DNA of 64,000 nucleotides from Bacteroidota bacterium (GTDB lineage: Bacteria; Bacteroidota; Bacteroidia; Bacteroidales; WCHB1-69): contig JAGDMF010000008.1 of NCBI GenBank assembly GCA_017860455.1, positions 9,742-73,741 on the forward strand. Reading direction: 5' to 3'. The first letter of the stretch is position 1. Every line of letters begins with the position of its first letter. Both the position numbers and the translations under genes were made by a program. Positions 26,389 through 35,566 of the stretch are shown here, one piece after another. The notes under the pieces were generated by a model. The model saw nothing but the letters and a program-made list of their open reading frames with translations. It was not told the DNA's origin and made no database searches.

Positions 26389-26922
26389 CTATAAAGCGAT
26401 CAGATCTTTATGATCAACTTCAAAAATTATGGAACAAGAAAGTGCTTCAATATACACCTGAATTTTATGGTTATTTTTGGTTTCTAAAACCTCACCGGAA
26501 AATCCTTTCAATGCTCCATTTGCTATTTTGACTTTTTGTCCATGTTGTAATGGATGGCATGAAATATCAAAAAGATATTGTTCCTGAACCAACACTTTAA
26601 TCAGGTCAATCTGTTCCGGTGGAATCACAGCTGCTTTTCCACAAAAACAAATATAGGAGATCACAGAGGGAACATCCAATACTTTTTGGTACTCTTTTGC
26701 ACTTACACAAACGAATAGATATGGCCTAAATAGGGGTTCCTCAATCCATCTTTTACGATCTGACCACTGGTGTAATACCCTTTTCTTGGGTAAGTAAACT
26801 TCGATGTTTTTTTCAAGTAATTCATTTTCTATAGTTTTTTCATGATTCATACGAGTGTAAATGGCATGCCATTGATACTTCATGTTGTTTCCTTCATTAT
26901 AAAGCTTCGCCATATCAGTCAC
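26389..26922 (-). CDS. UpxY-family (NusG-like) transcription antiterminator
   Basis: W.AIYT....EK.....L....IE.YLP NGN-domain pattern with a KOW-like C-terminus (GQKVKI.NGALKG..G.V). The likely true start is the MKYQWH methionine near 26883. Confidence 0.8.
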   Translation of the reverse strand: MTDMAKLYNEGNNMKYQWHAIYTRMNHEKTIENELLEKNIEVYLPKKRVLHQWSDRKRWIEEPLFRPYLFVCVSAKEYQKVLDVPSVISYICFCGKAAVIPPEQIDLIKVLVQEQYLFDISCHPLQHGQKVKIANGALKGFSGEVLETKNNHKIQVYIEALSCSIIFEVDHKDLIAL

Positions 26923-27040
26923 ATTTTTGACAGTTACACATTTTTAACAGTGCAAAGATGTAACAGATTTATAACCTGTACAAATTAAATTTGCGAATGG
27001 AGGAGTTGATATACCAATAGAGGTTTTTGGCTACGAATGT

Positions 27041-27210
27041 ACATTTAACATTTAACATTTAACAAATAACATTTAACATTTAACAAATAACAAATAACAA
27101 TTATTCATTTTTCATTTTTCATTATTCATTTTGCATTTTTCATTTTTCATTATTCATTTTTCATTTTTCATTATTCATTATTCATTTGCTAATTCCCCTT
27201 TCGCCCTTTT
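27041..27210 (+). repeat. Mosaic block G
   Basis: ACATTTA/ACAAATA heptamers (27041-27100), then TTCATTW heptamers (27101-27188), then TGCTAATTCCCCTTTCGCCC. Confidence 0.95.
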
Positions 27211-27276
27211 TATCGAGTATAGAATAAAAAAATACAAAAAAAGTTAAAAAATACGAGTGAGGAAGAATAATTGTTG

Positions 27277-27284
27277 TATATTTG
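27277..27284 (+). promoter_or_regulatory. -7 box TATATTTG inside a conserved ~40-nt promoter module
   Basis: GAGTGAGGAAGAATAATTGTTGTATATTTGCAAAAAATT (27255-27293) is nearly repeated at 29083-29121. The box lies inside the track ORF, 14 nt upstream of the ATG at 27299. Confidence 0.6.
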
Positions 27285-27298
27285 CAAAAAATTCATCT

Positions 27299-28561
27299 AT
27301 GAAAGAATATTTTGAATCAATTCGGAAATTTAATTTTTGGAATCAACAAATTCCAAATTTAGGTTTTATTCGCACGGATTATACGGATAAAATAATGAGT
27401 TACGTAGGGAACAAACTTGTAAAAGTACTTGTAGGTCAGCGTCGTTCGGGTAAAAGCTATTTATTAAGACAAATTGCTAATCAACTAATAACCAATGGAG
27501 TTGATCCCAAAAATATTTTTTATATCAATAAAGAGTTCATAGAACTAGATTTTGTTAAAACTTACAAAGATTTAGAAAACTTACTTATTTATTATAAAGA
27601 TGAATTGAATCCAATAGGTAAAAAGTATCTGTTTATTGATGAAATTCAAAATATAGAAGGGTGGGAGCGGTTTGTGAACTCACATGCTCAGGATTTTGTT
27701 GAACAATATGAAATATTTATTAGTGGCTCTAATTCAAAATTGTTATCCGGAGAATTATCGACTTTATTGTCAGGTAGATATGTTCAATTTGAAATTTTTA
27801 CCTTTAGTTTTCAAGAATATTTTCAATTTTTGAATATTGAGAATTCGAAACAATCTTATATTGAGTATCTTGAGACCGGGGGATTGCCGGAATTGTTTTC
27901 TTTACCCAATCATGAAACAAAAAGAAATTATATTTCTGCTCTGAAAGATTCAGTTCTATTAAGAGATATTATACAAAGATACAATATAAAAGATCCTAAA
28001 TTATTAGAAGATTTATTTATCTTTTTAGTAAATAATGCTTCCAATTTAATCTCAATTAATTCAATTATAAATTACTATAAGGGATTGAATAAAAAAACTA
28101 CCTATGATACCCTATCAAATTATATCCATTATATCGAAGAAACATTTTTAATACACAAAGCGGAACGTTATAATATTCGAGGGAAAGATCTTATTGCAGG
28201 AAACTGTAAGTATTATATCAATGATTTAGCCTATAAAAATTTACTTTATCCGGGAGTTGGTTACGGAATTGGGTATAAACTTGAAAATATTATTTTTTTA
28301 GAACTAAGAAGAGCAGGTTTTGAGGTTTATGTTGGTGTAGAGAAAGGAAAAGAAGTTGATTTCGTTGCCATAAAAGGGGATAGAAAGATCTATTTTCAAG
28401 TTGCCTATTTGATTCCGGATGAATCAACTATGGAAAGAGAATATAACTCGTTGGAAACTATCAAAGATCATTATGAAAAGTATCTGGTTTCACTGGATGA
28501 TTTTCAATTTTCATCCAGAAATGGCATACAACATATACAAGCCTGGAATTTGAAGTTTTAG
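27299..28561 (+). CDS. AAA-type ATPase with DUF4143 C-terminal domain
   Basis: Walker A GQRRSGKS and Walker B LFIDEIQ are present, with a restriction-endonuclease-like tail (EVDFV). The start was moved to 27299 because the promoter box lies upstream of it. Confidence 0.8.
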   Translation: MKEYFESIRKFNFWNQQIPNLGFIRTDYTDKIMSYVGNKLVKVLVGQRRSGKSYLLRQIANQLITNGVDPKNIFYINKEFIELDFVKTYKDLENLLIYYKDELNPIGKKYLFIDEIQNIEGWERFVNSHAQDFVEQYEIFISGSNSKLLSGELSTLLSGRYVQFEIFTFSFQEYFQFLNIENSKQSYIEYLETGGLPELFSLPNHETKRNYISALKDSVLLRDIIQRYNIKDPKLLEDLFIFLVNNASNLISINSIINYYKGLNKKTTYDTLSNYIHYIEETFLIHKAERYNIRGKDLIAGNCKYYINDLAYKNLLYPGVGYGIGYKLENIIFLELRRAGFEVYVGVEKGKEVDFVAIKGDRKIYFQVAYLIPDESTMEREYNSLETIKDHYEKYLVSLDDFQFSSRNGIQHIQAWNLKF

Positions 28562-29070
28562 GATTCCTTTCGCCTTATAGAACCCTGATGAAACAGATGG
28601 AACAGATGAAAACAGATTTTTTCTGTATCACTAAGTCTCTCAATGTTTTCAAAAATGCTCGAATGCTCGAATGCTCGTGTACTCGTGTGCTCGATTGTTA
28701 AGCTTTTTAAAAGTTGAAAGGTTGAACGCTTCGCTGTTTAAAGGTTGTAAGGTTGAAATATAATTAAAACTTAAAGTTCAAAAAACACTGTGATACACCT
28801 TCTAACCCAGTGAAACACTGTGTAACTAATTTTTATTTATTTCATGGAATGCAAAAAAGCGAAAGGCAAAGGGCAAAGGTCTTAATTCGTTTATAATTCG
28901 TGAATTCGTGGCATTCTTATTAAAGTTGAAAGGTTGAACGATTGCTCGTGTGCTCGAATGCTCATGTGCTCAATGTGCTCAATTTTTCATTTTTCATTTT
29001 TCATTTTTCATTTTTCATTTTTCATTATTCATTTGCTAATTCACTAATTTGCTCATTTGCTAATTTTTTT
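28562..29070 (+). repeat. Mosaic block H
   Basis: Words in order: AACAGATG; GCTCGAAT/GCTCGTGT octamers; AAGGTTG; a CACTGTG module shared with 5838-5876; GCGAAAGGCAAAGG (reverse of CCTTTCG); AATTCGTG; a second octamer run; TTCATTT x6; TGCTAATTCACTAATTTGCTCATTTGCTAATT. Confidence 0.95.
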
Positions 29071-29105
29071 TAGCCTTCTTATAGAGTATGGAAGAAAATT
29101 TGTTG

Positions 29106-29113
29106 TATATTTG
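29106..29113 (+). promoter_or_regulatory. -7 box TATATTTG upstream of the AbiE pair
   Basis: Same module as at 27255-27293. The ATG lies 60 nt downstream. Confidence 0.55.
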
Positions 29114-29173
29114 CAAAAAATTTAAAATGTAAACTAAAGGTAATAAAAAACAAAACGAATAGTTCACAAAAAA

Positions 29174-29749
29174 ATGAAAACAGGTAATTTAATTTTTAAT
29201 TTATATAGTAATTCTCGAACTGTTTATAAGTTTATTGATATTGCAATGTTGCTTGGAGAAACTAATTATAATTCACTTAAGATGAAATTAAATTATTACG
29301 TAAAAACAGGTAGATTACTTAATCCACGCAGGGGAATATATTCAAAGAAAAAATATAATGAGGAGGAGTTAGCCTGTCGTGTTTTTACACCTGCTTATAT
29401 ATCTTTAGAATATGTATTGCAAAAAGCAGGTGTGGTTTTTCAATACAACAGTAATATAACGGTGGTTTCCTATTTAACCAGAGATATTGAAATTGATCAA
29501 AAGATCTATTGTTTTAGAAAAATTAAAAACGAAATACTCGCTTCCCCACTTGGAATTATTCAAACCGAACAAGCTTATGCTATTGCATCAGTAGAACGTG
29601 CATTTTTAGATTTACTTTACTTAAATGGAGAGATCTATTTTGACAATTTAAGACCAATAAATAGAGATAAAGTTGAAGAACTTCTTCCTTTATATAATTC
29701 GAAAACATTAGTCAAACGAGCAAAAAAAATATTGGACAATGAACATTAA
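29174..29749 (+). CDS. AbiEi-like antitoxin/transcriptional regulator (type IV TA)
   Basis: Small ORF overlapping the AbiEii start by 11 nt. Its size and position fit the partner of an AbiEii nucleotidyltransferase. The family call rests mainly on context. Confidence 0.55.
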   Translation: MKTGNLIFNLYSNSRTVYKFIDIAMLLGETNYNSLKMKLNYYVKTGRLLNPRRGIYSKKKYNEEELACRVFTPAYISLEYVLQKAGVVFQYNSNITVVSYLTRDIEIDQKIYCFRKIKNEILASPLGIIQTEQAYAIASVERAFLDLLYLNGEIYFDNLRPINRDKVEELLPLYNSKTLVKRAKKILDNEH

Positions 29750-30437
29750 TAAACATAAATTTTTTATGCTTCAAATTCTGAAAGATATTTTTTCAGATAT
29801 AGAACTTTCTAATTATCTAGGGTTTAAAGGTGGTACAGCATTGATGTTTTTTCATAAATTACCCCGTTTTTCCGTAGATCTGGATTTTGATTTATTGGAT
29901 TCTGAAAAAGAAGATTTAGTGTTTTTTAAGTTAAGAAACATACTTCAAAAATATGGATCTATTGATGATGAAGCTAAAAAATTCTTCGGGTTAATTCTTG
30001 TTTTGGATTATAGCAAAGGGGAAAGAAAACTAAAAATGGAAGTATCAAACAGACCATTCGACAATCACTATGAATTACTTAATTATAATGGTATTAACAT
30101 GCGCGTTTTAAGTATTTCAGACATGTTTGCTCATAAACTTTGTGCAATGCTAGACAGGAGAGAGATTGCCAATCGGGATATTTTTGATTGTTGGTTTTTT
30201 TTAGAAAATAGAACTCCTATAAACAAAACGATTGTTGAATCAAGAATGAATACTTCTTTAGAAGAATATATTCAACAATGTATTACATATTTGGAAAATC
30301 AGCCTAATAAAAGTTTATTAAACGGATTAGGTGAACTCATGGATGAAAAAATGAAATCATTTGTTCGAAATAAACTTAAAAACGAACTCATTATACTATT
30401 AAAAGTTTTCAAAGAATTTCCAATTATTGTGAAATAA
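29739..30437 (+). CDS. AbiEii/AbiGii-family nucleotidyltransferase toxin
   Basis: The N-terminal FKGGTAL......LPRFS.DLDF motif is characteristic of the family. Confidence 0.8.
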   Translation: MNINKHKFFMLQILKDIFSDIELSNYLGFKGGTALMFFHKLPRFSVDLDFDLLDSEKEDLVFFKLRNILQKYGSIDDEAKKFFGLILVLDYSKGERKLKMEVSNRPFDNHYELLNYNGINMRVLSISDMFAHKLCAMLDRREIANRDIFDCWFFLENRTPINKTIVESRMNTSLEEYIQQCITYLENQPNKSLLNGLGELMDEKMKSFVRNKLKNELIILLKVFKEFPIIVK

Positions 30438-30448
30438 GGATAACATTC

Positions 30449-30580
30449 ATGTGCTCGAATGCTCGAATGCTCGAATGTTCGATTGCTCAATTTTTCATTA
30501 TTCATTATTCATTATTCATTATTCATTTTTCATTTTTCATTATTCATTTGCTAATTCACTAATTTGCTCATTTGCTAATT
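30449..30580 (+). repeat. Composite module I (octamers -> heptamers -> TGCTAATT tail)
   Basis: GCTCGAAT x3, then TTCATTW x9, then TGCTAATTCACTAATTTGCTCATTTGCTAATT. Same word order as 28943-29065 and 32075-32218. Confidence 0.95.
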
Positions 30581-30600
30581 CTAATTCCTTTTACCTGTTT

Positions 30601-31875
30601 TTAATCTTCTTTCTTTAAAATTGCCTCAATATCTTTGGTGAATCCTTTATAAAAACCGCAAGAGCTCCAAATCACTTGTTTGGTTTTCATGTCAATAAGA
30701 TATAATTCAGGGTATCCTCTGCAATCACTCATCTCTTTGGATAAGATAGTGTCCAATGAGGAATCATAAGAACAGACGATGTCAGATTTTATGTTAAAAG
30801 TATTTATTATTCTTTTAATTTTTGCAGTGTCTTTATCGATCACATTTAAACTGACAAATTTGATTAAAGATTTGTCAAACAAACTATCGATTGTTCCTAA
30901 CTCTTTCATAGCCATGATACATGGAGCACAGCCGACATACCAAAGATCCAAAAACAGATATGAAGATTGAATACTATCTGAGTACAGTGTGTCGCCTGTT
31001 AAAAGTGGAAATTTCCAGGAAGGCATATATTTTAATGAATCTTTTTCAGGTAAAACAGAATTATTCTCTATCCATTTTGTTTCTTTGGAAGAAACTATTT
31101 GAATGATAGAATCACAAATTGTCTCTCTTAATAATGAATCCTTTTTTTCTTGTGTTCTTAATTCCTGTTGATTATATTTTTTTCTAAGTTCATCCATTCT
31201 GAAAGTAATGGTGTCTAAAATGACAGGATTTATATAATCATAGAATTGAAAATCAATGATTTGAACTGTTCCATATAGTCTTTCTATATTTTCAAAAATA
31301 CCGGAGTATTCAAGGTTTACCCAATAATGGGTTTTATAATCAAATTCCCACTCAGTGATTATATCGGTTAAAGTTTCCTCATTAGGAGATGTTAAAAGAT
31401 ATCTCAAATTTTTTACATCCATTTTTGGGGTTATTTTTAAAATTGTATCCTTCTCCCATGAATGGGCAGTTTCTGAAGTGATTTTAAAAAAAGCGAAATT
31501 TGTAAATGGATCTGTTGTTGGATCAAAATCCTCTTCAAAAGAACGGTACTTTACATAATCTTCTTTATTGAAGTTCATTAAAAGCATCGTTCCTGATTTA
31601 CAAAACAAGTATCTATGATCAGGGTTTTCCTTAATTAAAAAATATTTATAATCATTAGGAGTATAAATAAAATAGCCTGTTTCTGTATGAGAATCAGTTG
31701 TGTCGTTATCAGTTTTATATACACATTTTAATTTAACATAACCGGATTGTATTTTCTCATTTTTTTCAACTATTTTCAGAAGTTTAGCCGGAACCTGTGC
31801 CTGGATTGAATTCAATAGATGAAAAACAAGTATCATTGAGATCCCCATTATACGAAATGTTTTTTTATTACTCAT
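30601..31875 (-). CDS. TlpA-like thioredoxin-fold protein with large N-terminal domain
   Basis: The C-terminal WYVGCAPC active-site motif sits in a redoxin-like fold. A signal peptide follows the ATG at 31875. The track start at 31926 is TTG. Confidence 0.6.
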   Translation of the reverse strand: MSNKKTFRIMGISMILVFHLLNSIQAQVPAKLLKIVEKNEKIQSGYVKLKCVYKTDNDTTDSHTETGYFIYTPNDYKYFLIKENPDHRYLFCKSGTMLLMNFNKEDYVKYRSFEEDFDPTTDPFTNFAFFKITSETAHSWEKDTILKITPKMDVKNLRYLLTSPNEETLTDIITEWEFDYKTHYWVNLEYSGIFENIERLYGTVQIIDFQFYDYINPVILDTITFRMDELRKKYNQQELRTQEKKDSLLRETICDSIIQIVSSKETKWIENNSVLPEKDSLKYMPSWKFPLLTGDTLYSDSIQSSYLFLDLWYVGCAPCIMAMKELGTIDSLFDKSLIKFVSLNVIDKDTAKIKRIINTFNIKSDIVCSYDSSLDTILSKEMSDCRGYPELYLIDMKTKQVIWSSCGFYKGFTKDIEAILKKED

Positions 31876-31989
31876 AATGTGTTTTATTAAATTTTCAACA
31901 TTTACATTACTCTTTTTGCGATGCAAATATAAAAAATAAATAAATACAAAACAAATAATTTTTTGCCCTTAAGAAGAACCAAAATAACT

Positions 31990-32272
31990 TCTGCGTAAAT
32001 CTGCGAAATTTGCGGGCAAAAATTTATAGAAATCACCCGCAGATCACGCTGATTTCCGCAGAAACTAACCATTTACTCGAATGCTCGAATGCTCGAATGC
32101 TCGAATGCTCGAATGCTCGAATGCTCGAATGCTCATGTGCTCATTATTCATTATTCATTATTCATTATTCATTATTCATTCTTCATTTGCTAATACACTA
32201 ATTTGCTCATTTGTTAATTCCCCTTTCGCCCTTCCCCTAATTAGCTTATTATCACATTATCACATTAGCTTA
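31990..32272 (+). repeat. Mosaic block J including composite module
   Basis: ATCTGCG/CGCAGAT words, then GCTCGAAT x6, GCTCATGT, TTCATTA x6, TGCTAATACACTAATTTGCTCATTTGTTAATT, CCCTTTCGCCC, and finally TTAGCTTATTATCACATTATCACATTAGCTTATTA. Confidence 0.95.
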
Positions 32273-32980
32273 TTATTTCTCCATCGCCAATTTTTTCAAT
32301 TCGGTTGGCATCTTTTCAATGGCATACCGTAATGATGTGCGGGGCATGATCGCTTTTTTCTCTATTACATATTGGAATACTTCTTCCTGATGCGCCTGAC
32401 TGGCCGCTTTTAACATCCATCCATACCCTTTTTGTACCAAATCATCAGGATCAAGAAGTAAAATATCTGCAATCTTGAAGATATGTTCTAAAAATAACCC
32501 TTTTCTTGCCGGAATAATCAATGTTACGGCTGCAGCTCTTTTTACCCATCTATTGTCCGCATCAGTAAAATGGATCAGATCATCTATTAGCTCCGGAAAT
32601 TGCTCAACCAATGTTCCAACTGTGTGATTACATAATGTGTCACAACTGGCCCAATTGTTGATATATTCGTTGATCCATTTTTGAAAAATAAGAAAGTCAT
32701 CTTTAGTATATTGGTTAGCTAATTGATAGGACCAATCACTTGCTACAAACGATTCTTCCAAATTCTCGGATTGAAATAATTGCTCACAATACTCCAGAAT
32801 TCTCGGTTTTGGTTCATTCATAATCTCTTTGAATAATTGATCCGCTATTTTGTTGACCTTTGGAATGGTAACACCATAAAAATCAATTTTTTCTTTAAAA
32901 AAATGTTGCCCTGTCTCTAATGTTTTGGAGTCGATGTTTTTCCTGAGTTCCTCTCTGACTTTAAGGATTATTTTTTCCAT
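32273..32980 (-). CDS. DNA alkylation repair protein (AlkD-like HEAT-repeat family)
   Basis: WASCD.LC, WVKRAAAVTLI and GYGWMLK motifs are present. The start was moved to the ATG (MEKIILK); the track start is TTG. Confidence 0.75.
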   Translation of the reverse strand: MEKIILKVREELRKNIDSKTLETGQHFFKEKIDFYGVTIPKVNKIADQLFKEIMNEPKPRILEYCEQLFQSENLEESFVASDWSYQLANQYTKDDFLIFQKWINEYINNWASCDTLCNHTVGTLVEQFPELIDDLIHFTDADNRWVKRAAAVTLIIPARKGLFLEHIFKIADILLLDPDDLVQKGYGWMLKAASQAHQEEVFQYVIEKKAIMPRTSLRYAIEKMPTELKKLAMEK

Positions 32981-33060
32981 TATTTTTGTTTTAAAAAACA
33001 AAAATAAAAAAAACTGTCCGATTAGGGACAGTTTTAAAAAAAAAGTGAGGTTTTTTAAAA

Positions 33061-34317
33061 TTATTGTAATTTGAAGTTGATCGGTAATGTATAGTTCATA
33101 TTAACTTTTTCACCTTTATTTTCAGCAGGAGTCCATTTAGGCATCATTTTAACAACGCGAATGGCTTCATTGTCTAACAATGGATCTACACCTTTGACTA
33201 CTTTCACATCTTCTATACTACCATCTTTGGTAATCGTGAATTCAATAATTACTACTCCGGAAATACCTTTTTTTCTGCTTTCATCAGGATATTTGATGTT
33301 TTCACCTAAGAAAATAGGTAATTGTTCATTTCCACCTTGAAAAACAGCAGGTTTCTCAACTTCAGTAAATTTGTGATTTTTTTTAGGAAGGGTGTCGTTC
33401 ACAATATCAGATGATACGATAATCGAATTGTTATTACTCTTCGATAAAATAATACTTTCTGCATTACTATTTTGGATTGAAAATAGTACGACTAATCCCA
33501 CAATAATGGGGATGGTGAGCAACAACTTATATTGAGTTGCTACTCTTGATGGATTTTGTGCCATTTTTTTCATTCGTTTAATTATTAAGGGTTTATTAAA
33601 ATTGTTGGTTATATTGAATCGGATTCCAGAAGTATGACATAAGAGCAGTAAATAGGTTTTTATTTCAGTTTTGTTTCTTTGTATAATGTTATCTACAATA
33701 AATTCATGTTGTTCCTTTATGCTTTTCTTTCCTAAATGGAAAAATGGATTGAACCAAAAAAGAATTGTTGCTGTTTCAAAGAGTAATACATCTATGGTGT
33801 GAAATTGTTTAATATGTATCGATTCATGCAACAAAATGGTATCCAATTCTTCGGAATCTTTAAATTGGGCATTCAAATAGATGGTATTCCAAAAAGAAAA
33901 TGGAGCAATCTCTTGATTGGTAAGTTTAAATTGATACCCATTTTTAGATCCATTTTTTGCAGAATTTTTGATTTTTTGGAGTTGAATCAACCCCCAAAAA
34001 AATCTACTTGATAGCAAAAACACACCCATTAAATAAATGAACAAAATGAGATTCTGAACAGAAATATGATTATTTGCTGTTAAGGGTGTTCCTCCAACCA
34101 AAATCGGTTGCAAAAATTCCCTAAATGTTGTTGTTTGCAACCCGCTTTGAATTGGAATTTGAATGAAAGGTATGGTAAGAGAGAGAAACAAAGTGATCAA
34201 TAAATAGGCGCGATTAATGGCGAAATGGGTCTCTTTTTCCATGAATAATTTATAAAATCCATAGAAAAATCCACTAGAAACCATCACTTGAATGGCATAA
34301 TTGACAGTATTATTCAT
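33061..34317 (-). CDS. BlaR1-like M56 peptidase fused to a TonB C-terminal domain
   Basis: HESIH zinc motif after the N-terminal TM helices. The C-terminal domain (P.F.GG ... GISG.V...F.I...G....V.V.KG) is TonB-like. Confidence 0.8.
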   Translation of the reverse strand: MNNTVNYAIQVMVSSGFFYGFYKLFMEKETHFAINRAYLLITLFLSLTIPFIQIPIQSGLQTTTFREFLQPILVGGTPLTANNHISVQNLILFIYLMGVFLLSSRFFWGLIQLQKIKNSAKNGSKNGYQFKLTNQEIAPFSFWNTIYLNAQFKDSEELDTILLHESIHIKQFHTIDVLLFETATILFWFNPFFHLGKKSIKEQHEFIVDNIIQRNKTEIKTYLLLLCHTSGIRFNITNNFNKPLIIKRMKKMAQNPSRVATQYKLLLTIPIIVGLVVLFSIQNSNAESIILSKSNNNSIIVSSDIVNDTLPKKNHKFTEVEKPAVFQGGNEQLPIFLGENIKYPDESRKKGISGVVIIEFTITKDGSIEDVKVVKGVDPLLDNEAIRVVKMMPKWTPAENKGEKVNMNYTLPINFKLQ

Positions 34318-34711
34318 GGCTTTTTTTCTTTTGAATAGATTGTTCTATAAAATATTTCATCTCTTCCAACTCTTGAACAGATAGTTGCTCTTCATCAGCA
34401 AAAAATGAAACTAATGTCTTGTATGAATTATCAAAATAATTACCTACAAAATGATTGAGATAAATCTTAGTGTATTCCTCTTTCGTAATCTTAGGGATAT
34501 ACTTGTGCGTATTTCCATAGATTTCATTATAAACTATTCCCTTTTTTACCAAAATTCTAACGATCGTGGAAACGGTATTGTAGGCAGGTTTTGGTTCCGG
34601 AAATTGATCCACTACATCTTTTACAAATCCTCCATTCAGTTGCCAGAGTATCTGCATAATCTCCTCTTCCGCTTTGGTTAATTGATGACTTTTAAACTTT
34701 TTAAATTTCAT
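34310..34711 (-). CDS. BlaI/MecI/CopY-family transcriptional repressor
   Basis: LT.AE..IM..LW winged-helix N-terminus. Overlaps the BlaR1-like gene by 8 nt. Confidence 0.85.
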   Translation of the reverse strand: MKFKKFKSHQLTKAEEEIMQILWQLNGGFVKDVVDQFPEPKPAYNTVSTIVRILVKKGIVYNEIYGNTHKYIPKITKEEYTKIYLNHFVGNYFDNSYKTLVSFFADEEQLSVQELEEMKYFIEQSIQKKKSHE

Positions 34712-34887
34712 GTTCTTATTTTTTTATATATAACTAAAAACTTAGTTGAATTATTGTGCAAAGTAACAACTAATTTTTTAGTTATGCAACTAATATTTTA
34801 GTTAAAAATTATTAAAAATTCTAACAATCAGAAAATCAATAAGATAAAATTTATAAAGAAGAAATAAAAGTTTGAAAATTGTCGCAA

Positions 34888-35466
34888 TCAGGGTTTAAGT
34901 CCTTTGATAACAATACCTAAAAGTTCATCAAAATGGGGAGCGTATTCTTCATATTTGTTTTGAACAAAAAACTGGATTTCAGAACTTTTGAGTATCAGAA
35001 TGAAAACATCGATAGCCACATCAAAATTGAGGCTACTATCGATAGAACCTTCCTCAATTCCTTTGTTTATGATAACCTTCATTTTTTCTTGTTCCCAAAG
35101 TGTTAAATCGGTGCGAATGTCATCAAGAAATTCAAAGCGATCGTTTAGATCAGCTTTTAATGTTTCATGATAATTATAGGATTTGGATAATATCTCCATT
35201 CTGGTATTAAGATAAAGTATAAGGAGTTCAGAAGCGTTAAGTTGAGGGAGTTGAATAATTTTATTCAATTCGAATTTTAAAATATATATTTCCTGGGAAA
35301 CTACCTCTTTGAAAAGATCTTCTTTACTTTCAAAATGATAATAGAGTGAGCCTTTTGCTTTTCTTGCTACTTTAGCAATTTCATCCATGGATGTTTTATA
35401 AAAACCGTATCGACCAAAGAGTTTGGAGGCAACACTAACAATGACTTCTTTTGTTTTTGGAGACAT
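34888..35466 (-). CDS. TetR/AcrR-family transcriptional regulator
   Basis: N-terminal HTH (A..LF...G...TSMDEIA..A...KGSLY.HF). Confidence 0.85.
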   Translation of the reverse strand: MSPKTKEVIVSVASKLFGRYGFYKTSMDEIAKVARKAKGSLYYHFESKEDLFKEVVSQEIYILKFELNKIIQLPQLNASELLILYLNTRMEILSKSYNYHETLKADLNDRFEFLDDIRTDLTLWEQEKMKVIINKGIEEGSIDSSLNFDVAIDVFILILKSSEIQFFVQNKYEEYAPHFDELLGIVIKGLKP

Positions 35467-35566
35467 AAAATTGAATTTTTATACTGAAATAGTTTTTCAG
35501 TGCAAAAATAATCAATCTTTTAACAATTGAAACTGGATTTAAGAATAATTAAGAAAATATTAAAAA

